Shown here: piece after piece, positions 20,208 to 29,928 of the stretch
How positions within the stretch are numbered: position 1 is the first letter of the stretch
How the letters are laid out: the number at the start of each line of letters is the position of its first letter
Source of the DNA: an uncultured Roseburia sp.
Lineage (GTDB): Bacteria > Bacillota > Clostridia > Lachnospirales > Lachnospiraceae
Direction of reading: 5' to 3'
Assembly: GCA_947038265.1 (NCBI GenBank)
Contig: CAMQVP010000001.1
Coordinates: 124,968 to 188,967, forward strand
Length of the DNA stretch: 64,000 nucleotides
Made by a program: the position numbers and the translations under genes
The notes under the pieces: generated by a model
Told to the model about the DNA's origin: nothing
The model's database searches: none
What the model saw: the letters and a program-made list of their open reading frames with translations, nothing else

Positions 20208-21226
20208 AATGTAACTCCCTTTTCCCCATTCGTAATCCTGCCAACCAGATACGGCGTTTCTCCTGCCGCTCTCACTGCTCCCATTGCCGCATCCGCATCT
20301 TCTTTTGAAACAGCAAGAATCATGCCAAGCCCCATATTGTATGTATTATACATCATCTGTTCCTCAATGTTTCCTTTTTTGGCAAGCATCGGAAAAATAG
20401 GCGGAACCGGATAACTCTCTTTCTCAATGATAGCGTGTCTGCCTTCCGGAAGCATACGCGGCACATTCTCATAGAACCCGCCGCCCGTAATATGGCTGCA
20501 CGCTTTTACGCGGACGCCAGACTCTTTGATCTGTTTTAGGGCTTTCACATAAATCCTCGTCGGCTTTAAAAGCGTCTCTCCAAGCGTTCCCCCCAATTCC
20601 TCATAATAAGTGTCCAGAGCTTCTTTTTCCATCGGGAACACTTTGCGGACTAAGGAAAATCCATTGGAATGAACGCCGGAACTTGCCAGACCGATTAACA
20701 CATCGCCGTCTTCTAAGTCATTGCCCGTAATAATCTCTTTTTGATCCACAATGCCTACGGCAAAACCTGCCAAATCATATTCTTCTTCCGGCATAAGCCC
20801 AGGATGCTCCGCTGTCTCCCCGCCAATTAACGCCGCTCCCGCCTGTTTACAGCCTTCGGCAACGCCGCTGACAATCTTAGCGATCTTTTCCGGAAAATTT
20901 TTGCCACATGCAATATAGTCCAGAAAAAACAACGGCTCCCCGCCTGCACAAGCAATATCATTGACACACATTGCCACACAGTCTATCCCTATCGTATCAT
21001 GCTTGTCCAAAAGGAATGCGAGTTTTATCTTAGTTCCTACCCCGTCCGTCCCCGATACCAGCGTCGGCTGTTCCATATTCCGGAACGCTTCCATGGAAAA
21101 TGCCCCGGAAAAACCGCCAAGGCCTGACAAGACCTCACTGCGCATTGTTTCCTGTACATGTTTTTTCATCAATTCCACTGATTTGTAGCCTGCCTCAATA
21201 TCTACGCCCGCGTTTTTATAATCCAT
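20201..21226 (-). CDS. purM: Phosphoribosylformylglycinamidine cyclo-ligase (AIR synthetase)
   Basis: The protein is AIRS/AIRS_C-like, reading [13 protein letters not shown]...[15 protein letters not shown] trimmed the start to the ATG at 21226 preceded by AAGGAG. Confidence 0.9.
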   Translation of the reverse strand: MDYKNAGVDIEAGYKSVELMKKHVQETMRSEVLSGLGGFSGAFSMEAFRNMEQPTLVSGTDGVGTKIKLAFLLDKHDTIGIDCVAMCVNDIACAGGEPLFFLDYIACGKNFPEKIAKIVSGVAEGCKQAGAALIGGETAEHPGLMPEEEYDLAGFAVGIVDQKEIITGNDLEDGDVLIGLASSGVHSNGFSLVRKVFPMEKEALDTYYEELGGTLGETLLKPTRIYVKALKQIKESGVRVKACSHITGGGFYENVPRMLPEGRHAIIEKESYPVPPIFPMLAKKGNIEEQMMYNTYNMGLGMILAVSKEDADAAMGAVRAAGETPYLVGRITNGEKGVTLC

Positions 21227-21239
21227 GATCTGTTCTCCT

Positions 21240-21749
21240 TTATTTCTCTGCATACTTCCTGTAACCGGTTTCCTGTAATTTCTCATCTTTTGCCTGAACC
21301 TGCTCTTTTAAGCCTTTGGCATATTCTTTCAGCCGCTGTAATAACTGCGCATCGCTTACCGCTAAAATTTTCGCCGCCAAAAGAGCCGCATTTACGCCTC
21401 CGTTGATGGCAACCGAAGCCACGGGAATCCCGCTTGGCATCTGCACAATGGAATACAGCGAATCCCGCCCGCCAAGCGACGTCGTATGCATCGGAATCCC
21501 GATGACAGGCATTGGGAAAATCGCCGCGCACATACCCGGCAAATGCGCCGCCATGCCAGCCGCCGCAATAATCACCTTAAAGCCTTTTTCTTCGGCTGTA
21601 TTGGCATATTCAAAAAAAACGGCCGGCTCTCTGTGCGCAGAAATAATCCGCATCTCATACTCTATTCCCAACTGTTCCAAAACTTCCGCCGCTTTTGCCA
21701 TTACAGGCATATCGGAATCACTGCCCATTACCATTCCTACTTTTGCCAT
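21240..21749 (-). CDS. purE: N5-carboxyaminoimidazole ribonucleotide mutase
   Basis: The motif [40 protein letters not shown] is a classic PurE sequence. Confidence 0.92.
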   Translation of the reverse strand: MAKVGMVMGSDSDMPVMAKAAEVLEQLGIEYEMRIISAHREPAVFFEYANTAEEKGFKVIIAAAGMAAHLPGMCAAIFPMPVIGIPMHTTSLGGRDSLYSIVQMPSGIPVASVAINGGVNAALLAAKILAVSDAQLLQRLKEYAKGLKEQVQAKDEKLQETGYRKYAEK

Positions 21750-21786
21750 AATCTGCTCCTTTTCCTGTTTTTCTTTTTATTGTATC

Positions 21787-23838
21787 TCATTCCAATGGAA
21801 GATTCAATGCTTCCGCGCCCGTCACAGCGAATTTTCCATTCCTGATAATGTCTATGCTTTGGTTATCCGCTGTTTTTACTGTAATTGAGCCAATCTCATC
21901 ATAAGGAACCGTAATATCCGTATGACAGTTAAAATAAGCTTTCGCGCTATCCTCTTTCCGCAAAACTGATCTAGAATTATCCCGCGCAATTATCTCCCTG
22001 CCGTCAGGATTATACACTTTCGTATCTTCTGCATGAGAATAACAAGTGTCGCCTACCGCAAAGTGCGGCCCCATTTTTTCCGCAATCAAAATCGGAAGTT
22101 TATCCGCAATATGATACTGCTTTGCCATACGGTATGCCGCCGTGTTTGTGCCGATGGCAAACTCTCCCATCGGAAGCGTTTCATGCTGCTGTAAAAGATT
22201 TTCATAAATATACTTTTGGTTTTCTTCTTCCGATGCAAAATTTTCGCAGCTATATGCCGCCACCATTCCATCTTTAAACTTCAGTTTTAAATTCCGATAA
22301 GGCAAACCGTTTAAATACGCTTCCGCCACATGCAGCGTTCCCGACGTTCCTTCTAACGCCGGAGTGGTAAACACCTCGCCTACTGGTATATTTACGTCCG
22401 CCACGCAATTTTCAAACGCAGTTTCCTTTTTCAAATCTGAAACCGGCTGGATTTTCACCCACAAATCCGTCTCATTTTCTCCCGCCCCCGTAATATGGAC
22501 GCGGTCCGCTAAATCAAGCGTCTCTATCATGCTTTGCTGTATCCTCAGATACTGCATATAATCCAGCGTATTGATTTTAACCGTTTCACGGAAAATCTGC
22601 TCAAAATCCTGTCCGATTACGGGAACCGGATATGCAATCATCGTAAAACTCCGCTCGTCACCGGGAATATAATCCTCCGTAAGCTGCCCAAGCTGGTTCA
22701 TAAGAGAAACTTTCCACTCATTTTGTTTTAGGCTGTAGGAAAAAGCCTCTGGCTTACTCTGCGGCAAAAACGGCTCCTCGCCAAAAATTTCAATCACTGC
22801 CGGCCCTGCATGGCGCCTTGCCTGCTTTTTATACTTCTCAAACGCGGCTTTCATTGTCTCTACCCTGCGTTTTACATAGACCTTGTCAAGATACAACGCG
22901 CTGTCCGATTTATGGTCAAATTCAAACTGTGGATTCGCAGACGCCGTATAACAGCCGCGTCTGGCGCCGCTGCCCATATGGAAAGAAGACAACGTGTTCC
23001 GGTAAATTGCCGGCCTTAACCCCATTTTTGCAAAGTTACGGATTACGGCGCGCGCCACGCGTTCAAAACCTATGGGATACTCAATGCAAACCGTCTCTTT
23101 CTTCCTCAACTCTTTCCCTAATTTTTCATACCCGATCCGAAAACCTTCCGTCATCGTATCCGCCATCGATGCAAGTTCCGCTTCGCTTAACGTATTTAAA
23201 AACGCCGCCGTCTCTCGCTCGCATTGGCTGATATATGCCCCATAACGATAAAGGAACCGAAGATCCGTCAAATCCGATTCCATTACCAGTTCCGTAAAAA
23301 AATTATTCTCTGGATCTACCAGCCCACGCACTTTATCCTCAGAAAACGCCTCACTGTAATCATGGAAAAACCAGTAGAGAATCTGCTCAATTTCTTTTGG
23401 CTGCGGATCGCCTTCCATTTCAAACACATGATAAATTTCAAGGAACAATTCATAGAAAATCGTCATATAGAAAAGCCTGCCTTCAAACGCATATGCCGTG
23501 ACGGCAAAAAGCTCCGTATACAAAAAACTAAGAAGCCGCCCAAACGTTTCTCCAAACACACGAGCGGCAAACGCCGGATTCAAATAGCTGTCTGCATACT
23601 GTTCTGGCAGCATCTCCCAATAGAGGCGCTTATTTCTCTCCTCCCAATCCTTGAGCGTCCATTTTTCTAAACCGCCGGAACGTTTTTGGCGAAATGTATC
23701 ATCTGCCAGACCAAGAAACTGCGCCGCCCGCCTAAAAAAATCCTGATACGCCAATGACACATCCTGTGTGTTTTGAATGCCTAAAATCCGCTCCGATGCA
23801 AGTTCAAAACGTTCTTCTAATATTTCATCATATTCCAT
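21787..23838 (-). CDS. M29 (aminopeptidase T/AmpS)-like metallopeptidase with long N-terminal extension
   Basis: The C-terminal region reads VNIPVGEVFTTPALEGTSGTLHV ... NCHTD ... HFAVGD, resembling the M29 family. I trimmed the start to MEYDEILEE at 23838, preceded by a purine-rich RBS. This assignment is moderate only. Confidence 0.45.
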   Translation of the reverse strand: MEYDEILEERFELASERILGIQNTQDVSLAYQDFFRRAAQFLGLADDTFRQKRSGGLEKWTLKDWEERNKRLYWEMLPEQYADSYLNPAFAARVFGETFGRLLSFLYTELFAVTAYAFEGRLFYMTIFYELFLEIYHVFEMEGDPQPKEIEQILYWFFHDYSEAFSEDKVRGLVDPENNFFTELVMESDLTDLRFLYRYGAYISQCERETAAFLNTLSEAELASMADTMTEGFRIGYEKLGKELRKKETVCIEYPIGFERVARAVIRNFAKMGLRPAIYRNTLSSFHMGSGARRGCYTASANPQFEFDHKSDSALYLDKVYVKRRVETMKAAFEKYKKQARRHAGPAVIEIFGEEPFLPQSKPEAFSYSLKQNEWKVSLMNQLGQLTEDYIPGDERSFTMIAYPVPVIGQDFEQIFRETVKINTLDYMQYLRIQQSMIETLDLADRVHITGAGENETDLWVKIQPVSDLKKETAFENCVADVNIPVGEVFTTPALEGTSGTLHVAEAYLNGLPYRNLKLKFKDGMVAAYSCENFASEEENQKYIYENLLQQHETLPMGEFAIGTNTAAYRMAKQYHIADKLPILIAEKMGPHFAVGDTCYSHAEDTKVYNPDGREIIARDNSRSVLRKEDSAKAYFNCHTDITVPYDEIGSITVKTADNQSIDIIRNGKFAVTGAEALNLPLE

Positions 23839-23861
23839 TTTCTTCCCTTTCTTCCTGCCAT

Positions 23862-24182
23862 TTATAACAGAAACCCAACGGCATAAAGCGCAATCCAGCC
23901 GCCGGACGCCAATATGGAAAGCGCGATTGATACTATAGGGATTCTGCGGAACGTGTCTTCTTCCCGAATGCTTTTGACTGCCTGTGTAAAAGAGGTAAGC
24001 GCCACCAAAAGCGCCAGTATCCCTATGCTTCCTAAATATACGCTCCCATTCCCCTTTTGCCGGAAGGAAACGCCGATTAAATAGAACAACGCAAAGATGG
24101 ATGCGACAGCCAAAACACATGCCAGCATCCCCCTCTTTGAATGTTTTTTCTTTGTAAATTTATTATGGTTTTCCCGCTTCAT
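23862..24182 (-). CDS. Small membrane protein (3 TM), hypothetical
   Basis: The start is an ATG after GGAGG. A Lys-rich N-terminus is followed by hydrophobic helices. Confidence 0.4.
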   Translation of the reverse strand: MKRENHNKFTKKKHSKRGMLACVLAVASIFALFYLIGVSFRQKGNGSVYLGSIGILALLVALTSFTQAVKSIREEDTFRRIPIVSIALSILASGGWIALYAVGFLL

Positions 24183-24645
24183 CTTTCCTCCGCTTACTGA
24201 AAAGTTTTTTTGAAATGCTATAACATAAATATCCAAACGCCCCGCCCAATGTGTTGAGCAAAATATCATCGACGTCAAAACTCCCAACTTTCCCTACAAG
24301 CTGAATCAGTTCCACGCATAGGCTAAGTTCGAAACTAAACAGCGCAGTCAAAAAAAACTTCCTGCATTTTGGATATAACCGCGGAAGGAACATTCCAAAT
24401 GGAAGAAATGCCGCCACATTGCCAAACAGATTCAGGCATACCGACCAAAATCCCAGTGAATGGCGGTACGTCCAAAAACGTTTGATTTCTTTCAGCGGCA
24501 TCAGGTTATAGTGGTATTCCCGCTCTGTCACTGTCCTTCCCATCGTTTCCGCAAAAAACAAAAAATAACACAATACTGCAAGATACGCGATAAATAAGAG
24601 AATTTCTAATCTCCGAACTGGTTCTGTTTTCCTGCTTTCCTTCAA
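24163..24645 (-). CDS. VanZ-family membrane protein
   Basis: A VanZ-like pattern runs across 4 TM segments: FNLMPLKEI...NVAAFLPFGMFLP...DVDDILLNTLGGAFGY. Confidence 0.7.
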   Translation of the reverse strand: MKESRKTEPVRRLEILLFIAYLAVLCYFLFFAETMGRTVTEREYHYNLMPLKEIKRFWTYRHSLGFWSVCLNLFGNVAAFLPFGMFLPRLYPKCRKFFLTALFSFELSLCVELIQLVGKVGSFDVDDILLNTLGGAFGYLCYSISKKLFSKRRKDEAGKP

Positions 24646-24671
24646 AATTCTCTCCTTCTATTTTCTATGCG

Positions 24672-25352
24672 TCATAACTTCATTCCATACTCTTTATAGT
24701 ATTCATCAATGGCCGCTTTTAATGTATCATCAATGACAATTTTCCCATTACAGGAACGGTTATAAAGATGCTCTGTCACTTCTTCCATCGTCACAATGGC
24801 GTTTGCAGGAAATCCATACGTTTCACGGATCTCGTCTAACGCTCCCATTTTACCGCCAAGCCCGACTTCCATGCGGTTTAGCGAAACCATAAGCCCGACT
24901 ATTTCCACATTTGCGCAGGCTTTTAGAATAGGAAACGTTTCTTCTATAGATTTTCCGGAAGTCGTCACGTCCTCAATAATTACAACTCTGTCGCCGTCCT
25001 TTAATTTACTGCCGAGTAATATTCCCGAATCCCCATGGTCTTTGAGTTCCTTGCGGTTTGAACAATAACGGATTTCCTTTCCATATAGTTTGGAAAACGC
25101 TATGCACGCCGCAACGCTAAGCGGAATCCCTTTATAAGCAGGCCCGAATAATACATCAAAATCCCCGCCGTAGTTCTCATAAATCGCCGCCGCATAATAC
25201 TCTCCCAGACGCATGAGCTGGCTTCCCGTCACATACGCCCCCGCATTCATAAAAAATGGAGATTTCCTGCCGCTTTTTAGTGTAAAATCTCCGAATTTTA
25301 ATACATCGCTCTCTACCATAAATTCAATAAACTCTTTTTTATACTGTTCCAT
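24672..25352 (-). CDS. pyrE: Orotate phosphoribosyltransferase
   Basis: The N-terminus reads MEQYKKEFIEFMVESDVLKFGDFTLKSGRKSPFF. The PRPP-binding loop VVIIEDVTTSGKS is present. Confidence 0.9.
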   Translation of the reverse strand: MEQYKKEFIEFMVESDVLKFGDFTLKSGRKSPFFMNAGAYVTGSQLMRLGEYYAAAIYENYGGDFDVLFGPAYKGIPLSVAACIAFSKLYGKEIRYCSNRKELKDHGDSGILLGSKLKDGDRVVIIEDVTTSGKSIEETFPILKACANVEIVGLMVSLNRMEVGLGGKMGALDEIRETYGFPANAIVTMEEVTEHLYNRSCNGKIVIDDTLKAAIDEYYKEYGMKL

Positions 25353-25522
25353 CGTCCCTGATTCTCCTCATTCTTTGGCAATTTGCAGACGTTATCTCCC
25401 CTGTCTGCAAAATACAGATTGATACAATTTGAAGTATAGCGCCAAATCACCGCGCTTTCAATACATAAATACATCTTCTTTGCTTTTTCCGGCTCCCTAA
25501 AGTAAAACCAATCCAAATGCCC

Positions 25523-25819
25523 TCAGAACCTCATTCTCAAAACAAATATAAAAAACACTCCCATAAAAACTAAAACAAGCGCTAAATCTATGGTAACTTC
25601 ATACGTTCCTCTAATCAAAATATGCGCATATCTTATGTCATGTTTCTGTTTGGAATTTTCCTCTTTGTTTTCCCCGCCTCCTTCTTTAAAGATATATTCC
25701 TTTGCCTTTTTTTGATTTTTTTCCTGAGATAATGCCTGCGCATCGGCGTCTGCGTATAAAGACAAAAAGCGAAAACACAATACCGCCACCAGAACAATTC
25801 TGTATAACGATTTCTTCAT
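25523..25819 (-). CDS. Hypothetical small secreted/membrane protein
   Basis: From the ATG at 25819 the protein reads MKKSLYRIVLVAVLCFRFLSLYADA as a signal/TM segment, with a C-terminal TM. Confidence 0.35.
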   Translation of the reverse strand: MKKSLYRIVLVAVLCFRFLSLYADADAQALSQEKNQKKAKEYIFKEGGGENKEENSKQKHDIRYAHILIRGTYEVTIDLALVLVFMGVFFIFVLRMRF

Positions 25820-25999
25820 AGTTTCTAATCCTCTCATCTTTTGTAATCTGTTTTTTGTATTTAAAGTCCCCTTTATCATAATTCCACCCGTTTCATCTGT
25901 CAATTATTTTTTCGCTTTTAGCGAATTTTATCAAACTATAATTAATGTTTTGGGATTGGGAATACTGTTAAAATAATTGAAAATAGGTGGAGGGACACT

Positions 26000-26329
26000 A
26001 TGATAGAGATACTGGAAAAAACAGAAATCGGGCAAAGAATCCGGCAATTACGGACAACGAACGACTATACTCAGGCAGAATTTGCTGAATTAACAGATAT
26101 ATCCGTAAATTTTTTATCTGAAATTGAAAACGGAAAAAAAGGTTTATCTCAAGATACGCTCGCAAAAATATGCAAACAGCTCAATGTTTCCGCAGACTAT
26201 ATTTTATTCGGTTTCAAACAAAAATCCGCTTCCCTCGTCGATCTTGCAAATACGCTTACCATTGAAGAATTAGAAACAACGATACGCTACTTAAGATCTT
26301 TGATAGAAATGAAAAAAATGGAAATTTAA
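26000..26329 (+). CDS. XRE-family helix-turn-helix transcriptional regulator
   Basis: The HTH_3 segment reads IRQLRTTNDYTQAEFAELTDISVNFLSEIENGKKGLSQDTLAKICKQLNVSADYIL. The RBS is GGAGGG. Confidence 0.85.
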   Translation: MIEILEKTEIGQRIRQLRTTNDYTQAEFAELTDISVNFLSEIENGKKGLSQDTLAKICKQLNVSADYILFGFKQKSASLVDLANTLTIEELETTIRYLRSLIEMKKMEI

Positions 26330-26332
26330 AAA

Positions 26333-26365
26333 TACGGAAGCCGTTTGGCTTCCGTATCTGTTTTC
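26333..26365. terminator. Bidirectional terminator between XRE gene and rplL
   Basis: The hairpin atacggaagcc-gttt-ggcttccgtat is followed by T-rich sequence. Confidence 0.65.
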
Positions 26366-26372
26366 ATTTCGC

Positions 26373-26747
26373 TTATTTTAATGTTACTTTTGCGCCTTCG
26401 CCTTCAAGTTTTGCCTTAATGTCATCAGCAGTTGCTTTGTCAGCAGCTTCTTTGACAACTTTTGGAGCGCCGTCAACTAAGTCTTTGGCTTCTTTTAAGC
26501 CTAATCCGGTTACTTCGCGGACAACTTTGATGACTTTAACTTTGTTCGGGCCAACTTCTGTCAGCTCTACGTCAAACTCTGTCTTTTCTTCTGCTGCCGC
26601 GCCTTCGCCGCCTGCTGCCGCAACAACAACGCCTGCTGCCGCGGATACGCCAAATTCTTCCTCACATGCTTTTACTAAATCATTTAACTCTAATACGCTT
26701 AATTCTTTGATAGCTTCAATAAATTCTTCTGTTGTTAATTTAGCCAT
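26373..26747 (-). CDS. rplL: 50S ribosomal protein L7/L12
   Basis: The protein reads [34 protein letters not shown] with a C-terminal KVTLK. Confidence 0.97.
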   Translation of the reverse strand: MAKLTTEEFIEAIKELSVLELNDLVKACEEEFGVSAAAGVVVAAAGGEGAAAEEKTEFDVELTEVGPNKVKVIKVVREVTGLGLKEAKDLVDGAPKVVKEAADKATADDIKAKLEGEGAKVTLK

Positions 26748-26819
26748 TTTAATTTACCTCCATAAATTATAATCGTTTCACTAATTACGCTCTGTCTTCG
26801 TCTTTGGAATGACAGATAA

Positions 26820-27365
26820 CTAATTGCTTTCAGCTTCTGCCGCCGGAGCTTCTTCTGCCGCCGGAGCTGCCGCTTCACCGGAACCGCCTTTTTCTGCGAT
26901 CTGGTTAAGCACACGAGCAAAATTCGTAATCGGAGACTGGATGCTTCCAAGGAATTTGGAAAGCAATTCTTCCCTCGATGGAACTGCCGCAATGCTCTTC
27001 ATGCCTTCTGCATCGTAGAATGTCCCTTCTACAACGCCTGCTTTCATCTCTAACGCCGGAGCTGTTTTCGCGAATTTTGCCAGAACTCTTGCCGGAGCTG
27101 TTGCATCCGAATTGGAAATCGCAACTGCGCTTGGCCCTTCTAATGCCGGAGCCAGACTTTCAAAATCGGTTCCTTTAAATGCAAAATTCAGCATCGTGTT
27201 TTTGTATACTTTATAAGTAACGCCAGCTTCTCTAAGCTGTTTACGCAACTGCGTGTCTTCTGCAACCGTAAGGCCACGGTAATCCACTAATACAACGGAC
27301 TGCGCGTCTTTGATGTATTCTGAAATTTCTTGTACGATTGGCTGTTTCAGTTCTACTTTTGCCAC
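26820..27365 (-). CDS. rplJ: 50S ribosomal protein L10
   Basis: The protein reads MAKVELKQPIVQEISEYIKDAQSVVLVDYRGLTVAEDTQLRKQLR. Confidence 0.95.
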   Translation of the reverse strand: MAKVELKQPIVQEISEYIKDAQSVVLVDYRGLTVAEDTQLRKQLREAGVTYKVYKNTMLNFAFKGTDFESLAPALEGPSAVAISNSDATAPARVLAKFAKTAPALEMKAGVVEGTFYDAEGMKSIAAVPSREELLSKFLGSIQSPITNFARVLNQIAEKGGSGEAAAPAAEEAPAAEAESN

Positions 27366-27369
27366 GAAT

Positions 27370-27545
27370 CGTGCACCTCCTTTATAAATTTAATTCATAT
27401 AAAAAACCTCTCCGCCAAAAGACAGAGAGGCATCCTCTTTCCATCTCCTCGGCAGGCCCTTGCGGTTACGCCATGCGGCGCCTGCTGTCTTCGGCAAAAT
27501 TGTTCTAAAATATGCTGTTAAACTATAACATACTATCTATTTGAT
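27370..27545 (-). promoter_or_regulatory. Putative L10 (rplJ) autoregulatory leader region
   Basis: A ~190-nt structured GC-rich leader (ctcctcggcaggcccttgcggttacgccatgcggcgcctgc) sits between rplA and rplJ, where the Firmicutes L10 leader lies. The call rests on position only. Confidence 0.35.
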
Positions 27546-27555
27546 GTCAATCAAA

Positions 27556-28251
27556 TTATTGAGCCATTTTCAAAGCGTTTACTTTGATTCCCGGACCCAT
27601 AGTCGGAGCCAATGTCACGCTCTTAATATACTGACCCTTTAAACTGCTCGGTTTTGCTTTATTGATTGCATCCATAAGGGTTTGGAAGTTGTCCGCTAAT
27701 TGTTCATTTGTAAAGGATGCTTTTCCAATTGGCACATGGATAATATTGCTTTTGTCTAACCGGTATTCAATCTTACCGGCTTTAATTTCGTTGATCGCTT
27801 TCGTAACGTCCATTGTGACAGTTCCCGCTTTCGGGTTCGGCATTAATCCTTTCGGCCCTAACACACGGCCTAAACGCCCAACCACGCCCATCATATCCGG
27901 CGTAGCAACGACTACGTCAAAATCCAGCCAGCCTTCTTTCTGGATTTTCGGGATTAATTCCTCGCCGCCTGTAAAATCTGCGCCCGCAGCCTGAGCTTCG
28001 TCCAGTTTCGCGCCTTTTGCGAAAACCAATACGCGGACAGTTTTACCTGTTCCATGCGGCAATACGACAGCGCCGCGGATCTGCTGTTCTGCATGGCGTC
28101 CGTCACAGCCAGTCTTGATATGGACTTCGATTGTCTCATCAAATTTTGCCACTGCTACTTTTTTTGCCAAATCAACGGCTTCATCTCTCTCATAAAGCGC
28201 TGTCGAATCCACTAATTTCGCAGTTTCAATATATTTCTTTCCTCTTTTCAT
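27556..28251 (-). CDS. rplA: 50S ribosomal protein L1
   Basis: The protein reads [31 protein letters not shown]...[12 protein letters not shown]. Confidence 0.95.
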   Translation of the reverse strand: MKRGKKYIETAKLVDSTALYERDEAVDLAKKVAVAKFDETIEVHIKTGCDGRHAEQQIRGAVVLPHGTGKTVRVLVFAKGAKLDEAQAAGADFTGGEELIPKIQKEGWLDFDVVVATPDMMGVVGRLGRVLGPKGLMPNPKAGTVTMDVTKAINEIKAGKIEYRLDKSNIIHVPIGKASFTNEQLADNFQTLMDAINKAKPSSLKGQYIKSVTLAPTMGPGIKVNALKMAQ

Positions 28252-28310
28252 TCTATTTAACCTCCTGTGGTATTATCGGGGATTTACTCCCTTCCACTAT
28301 TCCGAATTGA

Positions 28311-28736
28311 CTATTCTTCTACTTTTACGCCCATAGATCTTGCCGTTCCCGCAATCATGCTCATAGCCGCTTCCAAAGAAGCTGCGTTTAAGTCCGGCAT
28401 TTTAAGCTCTGCGATCTCCTGAAGTTTTGCTTTGGAAATAGTTGCAACTTTTGTCTTATTCGGTTCTGCGGAACCGGATTTTATGCTGCATGCTTTCTTA
28501 ATTAATACAGGAGCAGGCGGAGTCTTTGTGATAAAACTGAAACTTCTGTCTGCGTAAACTGTGATAACGACCGGAATAATTAAATCTCCCTGATCCGCTG
28601 TCCTAGCATTGAACTGCTTCGTAAACTCTACGATATTTACGCCATGCTGTCCCAATGCAGGTCCGACTGGAGGAGCTGGCGTCGCCTTTCCAGCAGGAAT
28701 TTGTAATTTGATATATCCTTGCACTTTCTTTGCCAT
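28311..28736 (-). CDS. rplK: 50S ribosomal protein L11
   Basis: The protein reads [38 protein letters not shown]. Confidence 0.97.
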   Translation of the reverse strand: MAKKVQGYIKLQIPAGKATPAPPVGPALGQHGVNIVEFTKQFNARTADQGDLIIPVVITVYADRSFSFITKTPPAPVLIKKACSIKSGSAEPNKTKVATISKAKLQEIAELKMPDLNAASLEAAMSMIAGTARSMGVKVEE

Positions 28737-28750
28737 TTGGAATAACCTCC

Positions 28751-29269
28751 TTAATTCATTTTCTTCACTTCTGCGAAACTAATTTCCACCGGCGTTTCGC
28801 GGCCGAATAATTCGACATTAATCGTCACGATCTGCTTGCCTTGGTTCATAGACTGGATCACGCCGACCGTGTCTTTCCAGACGCCTCCGGTTATGACAAC
28901 CGTATCGCCTTCTGCAAAATCGACGACAATGTCTTCTTGTTTGATTCCCAGCGGCAGCATTTCTTCATCTGTCAATGGCACAGGCTTCGACCCCGGCCCG
29001 ACAAATCCGGTCACGCCGCGGGTGTTTCTGACAACATACCATGTATCGTCATTCATCTCCATATTGATGAGCACATATCCCGGAAACATCTTCTTAGAAA
29101 CCTGTTTCTTTGCGCCGTTCTTCATCTCGAAAACATCTTGCATCGGAACCCGCACTTCAAGAATCTGATCCTCTAAATGCCTGTTTTCTATTGTCTTATC
29201 AATATTCGCCTTCACCTTATTCTCATATCCCGAATAGGTGTGGACCACATACCAGTGTGCTTCTGACAT
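28751..29269 (-). CDS. nusG: Transcription termination/antitermination factor NusG
   Basis: The NGN domain reads [14 protein letters not shown]. The C-terminal KOW region reads [13 protein letters not shown]. Confidence 0.93.
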   Translation of the reverse strand: MSEAHWYVVHTYSGYENKVKANIDKTIENRHLEDQILEVRVPMQDVFEMKNGAKKQVSKKMFPGYVLINMEMNDDTWYVVRNTRGVTGFVGPGSKPVPLTDEEMLPLGIKQEDIVVDFAEGDTVVITGGVWKDTVGVIQSMNQGKQIVTINVELFGRETPVEISFAEVKKMN

Positions 29270-29281
29270 AAAACGCCTCCA

Positions 29282-29491
29282 TTATAAATTCACTAGGAAA
29301 TCAATGCCGTACTGGATAAACGTATCCAGTATTGTAATCACCAGACCGACTGCAACGGAAACAGCGATGACCGCCGCGGTCTGTTTCGCAAGCTGCTCTT
29401 TTGCCGGCCAGACAATTTTTCCGAACTCGGCTTTTAACCCTTCGAACCAGCCCGTTTTCGGAGCTTTTTGCGCATTTGCATCATTTGCCAT
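29282..29491 (-). CDS. secE: Preprotein translocase subunit SecE
   Basis: The protein is 69 aa with the pattern KIVWP...single TM, and sits in the conserved position before nusG. Confidence 0.9.
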   Translation of the reverse strand: MANDANAQKAPKTGWFEGLKAEFGKIVWPAKEQLAKQTAAVIAVSVAVGLVITILDTFIQYGIDFLVNL

Positions 29492-29516
29492 AATTCCACT
29501 CCTTTGCCCTACCGGA

Positions 29517-29666
29517 TTATTTGGTTTCCTTGTGTACCGTATGCTTTCTGCAGAATCTGCAATACTTGTTCAGTTCCATTCTGTCCGGATGAGCTTTCTT
29601 GTCCTTTTTTGTGTTGTAATTACGCTGTTTGCATTCTGTACATGCCAATGTAATTCTTGTGCGCAC
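29517..29666 (-). CDS. rpmG: 50S ribosomal protein L33
   Basis: A GTG start preceded by GGAGGTGGAAG gives the 49-aa [49 protein letters not shown]. The tracked ORF is over-extended. Confidence 0.85.
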   Translation of the reverse strand: MRTRITLACTECKQRNYNTKKDKKAHPDRMELNKYCRFCRKHTVHKETK

Positions 29667-29928
29667 AACTTCCACCTCCATAAATTCATTGTGTGTTTTC
29701 CATGCCTTTTTAGGCATAAAAAAAAGACCTACTTCCAAGCTGTTCTATCATAGCACAACCGACTGTATCCGTCAATTATTTTTTATAAAATCTGTAGAAA
29801 AAGGTTGCAAAAAAGCTAAAAATTTCATATGATATTTAAAGATATGCAATGCTGCATCTTAAAGGCATAACAAGTATACATAAAATTACTGGCGCATATT
29901 GAAGAACTGTAGAAAAAGAGGTATCCCT

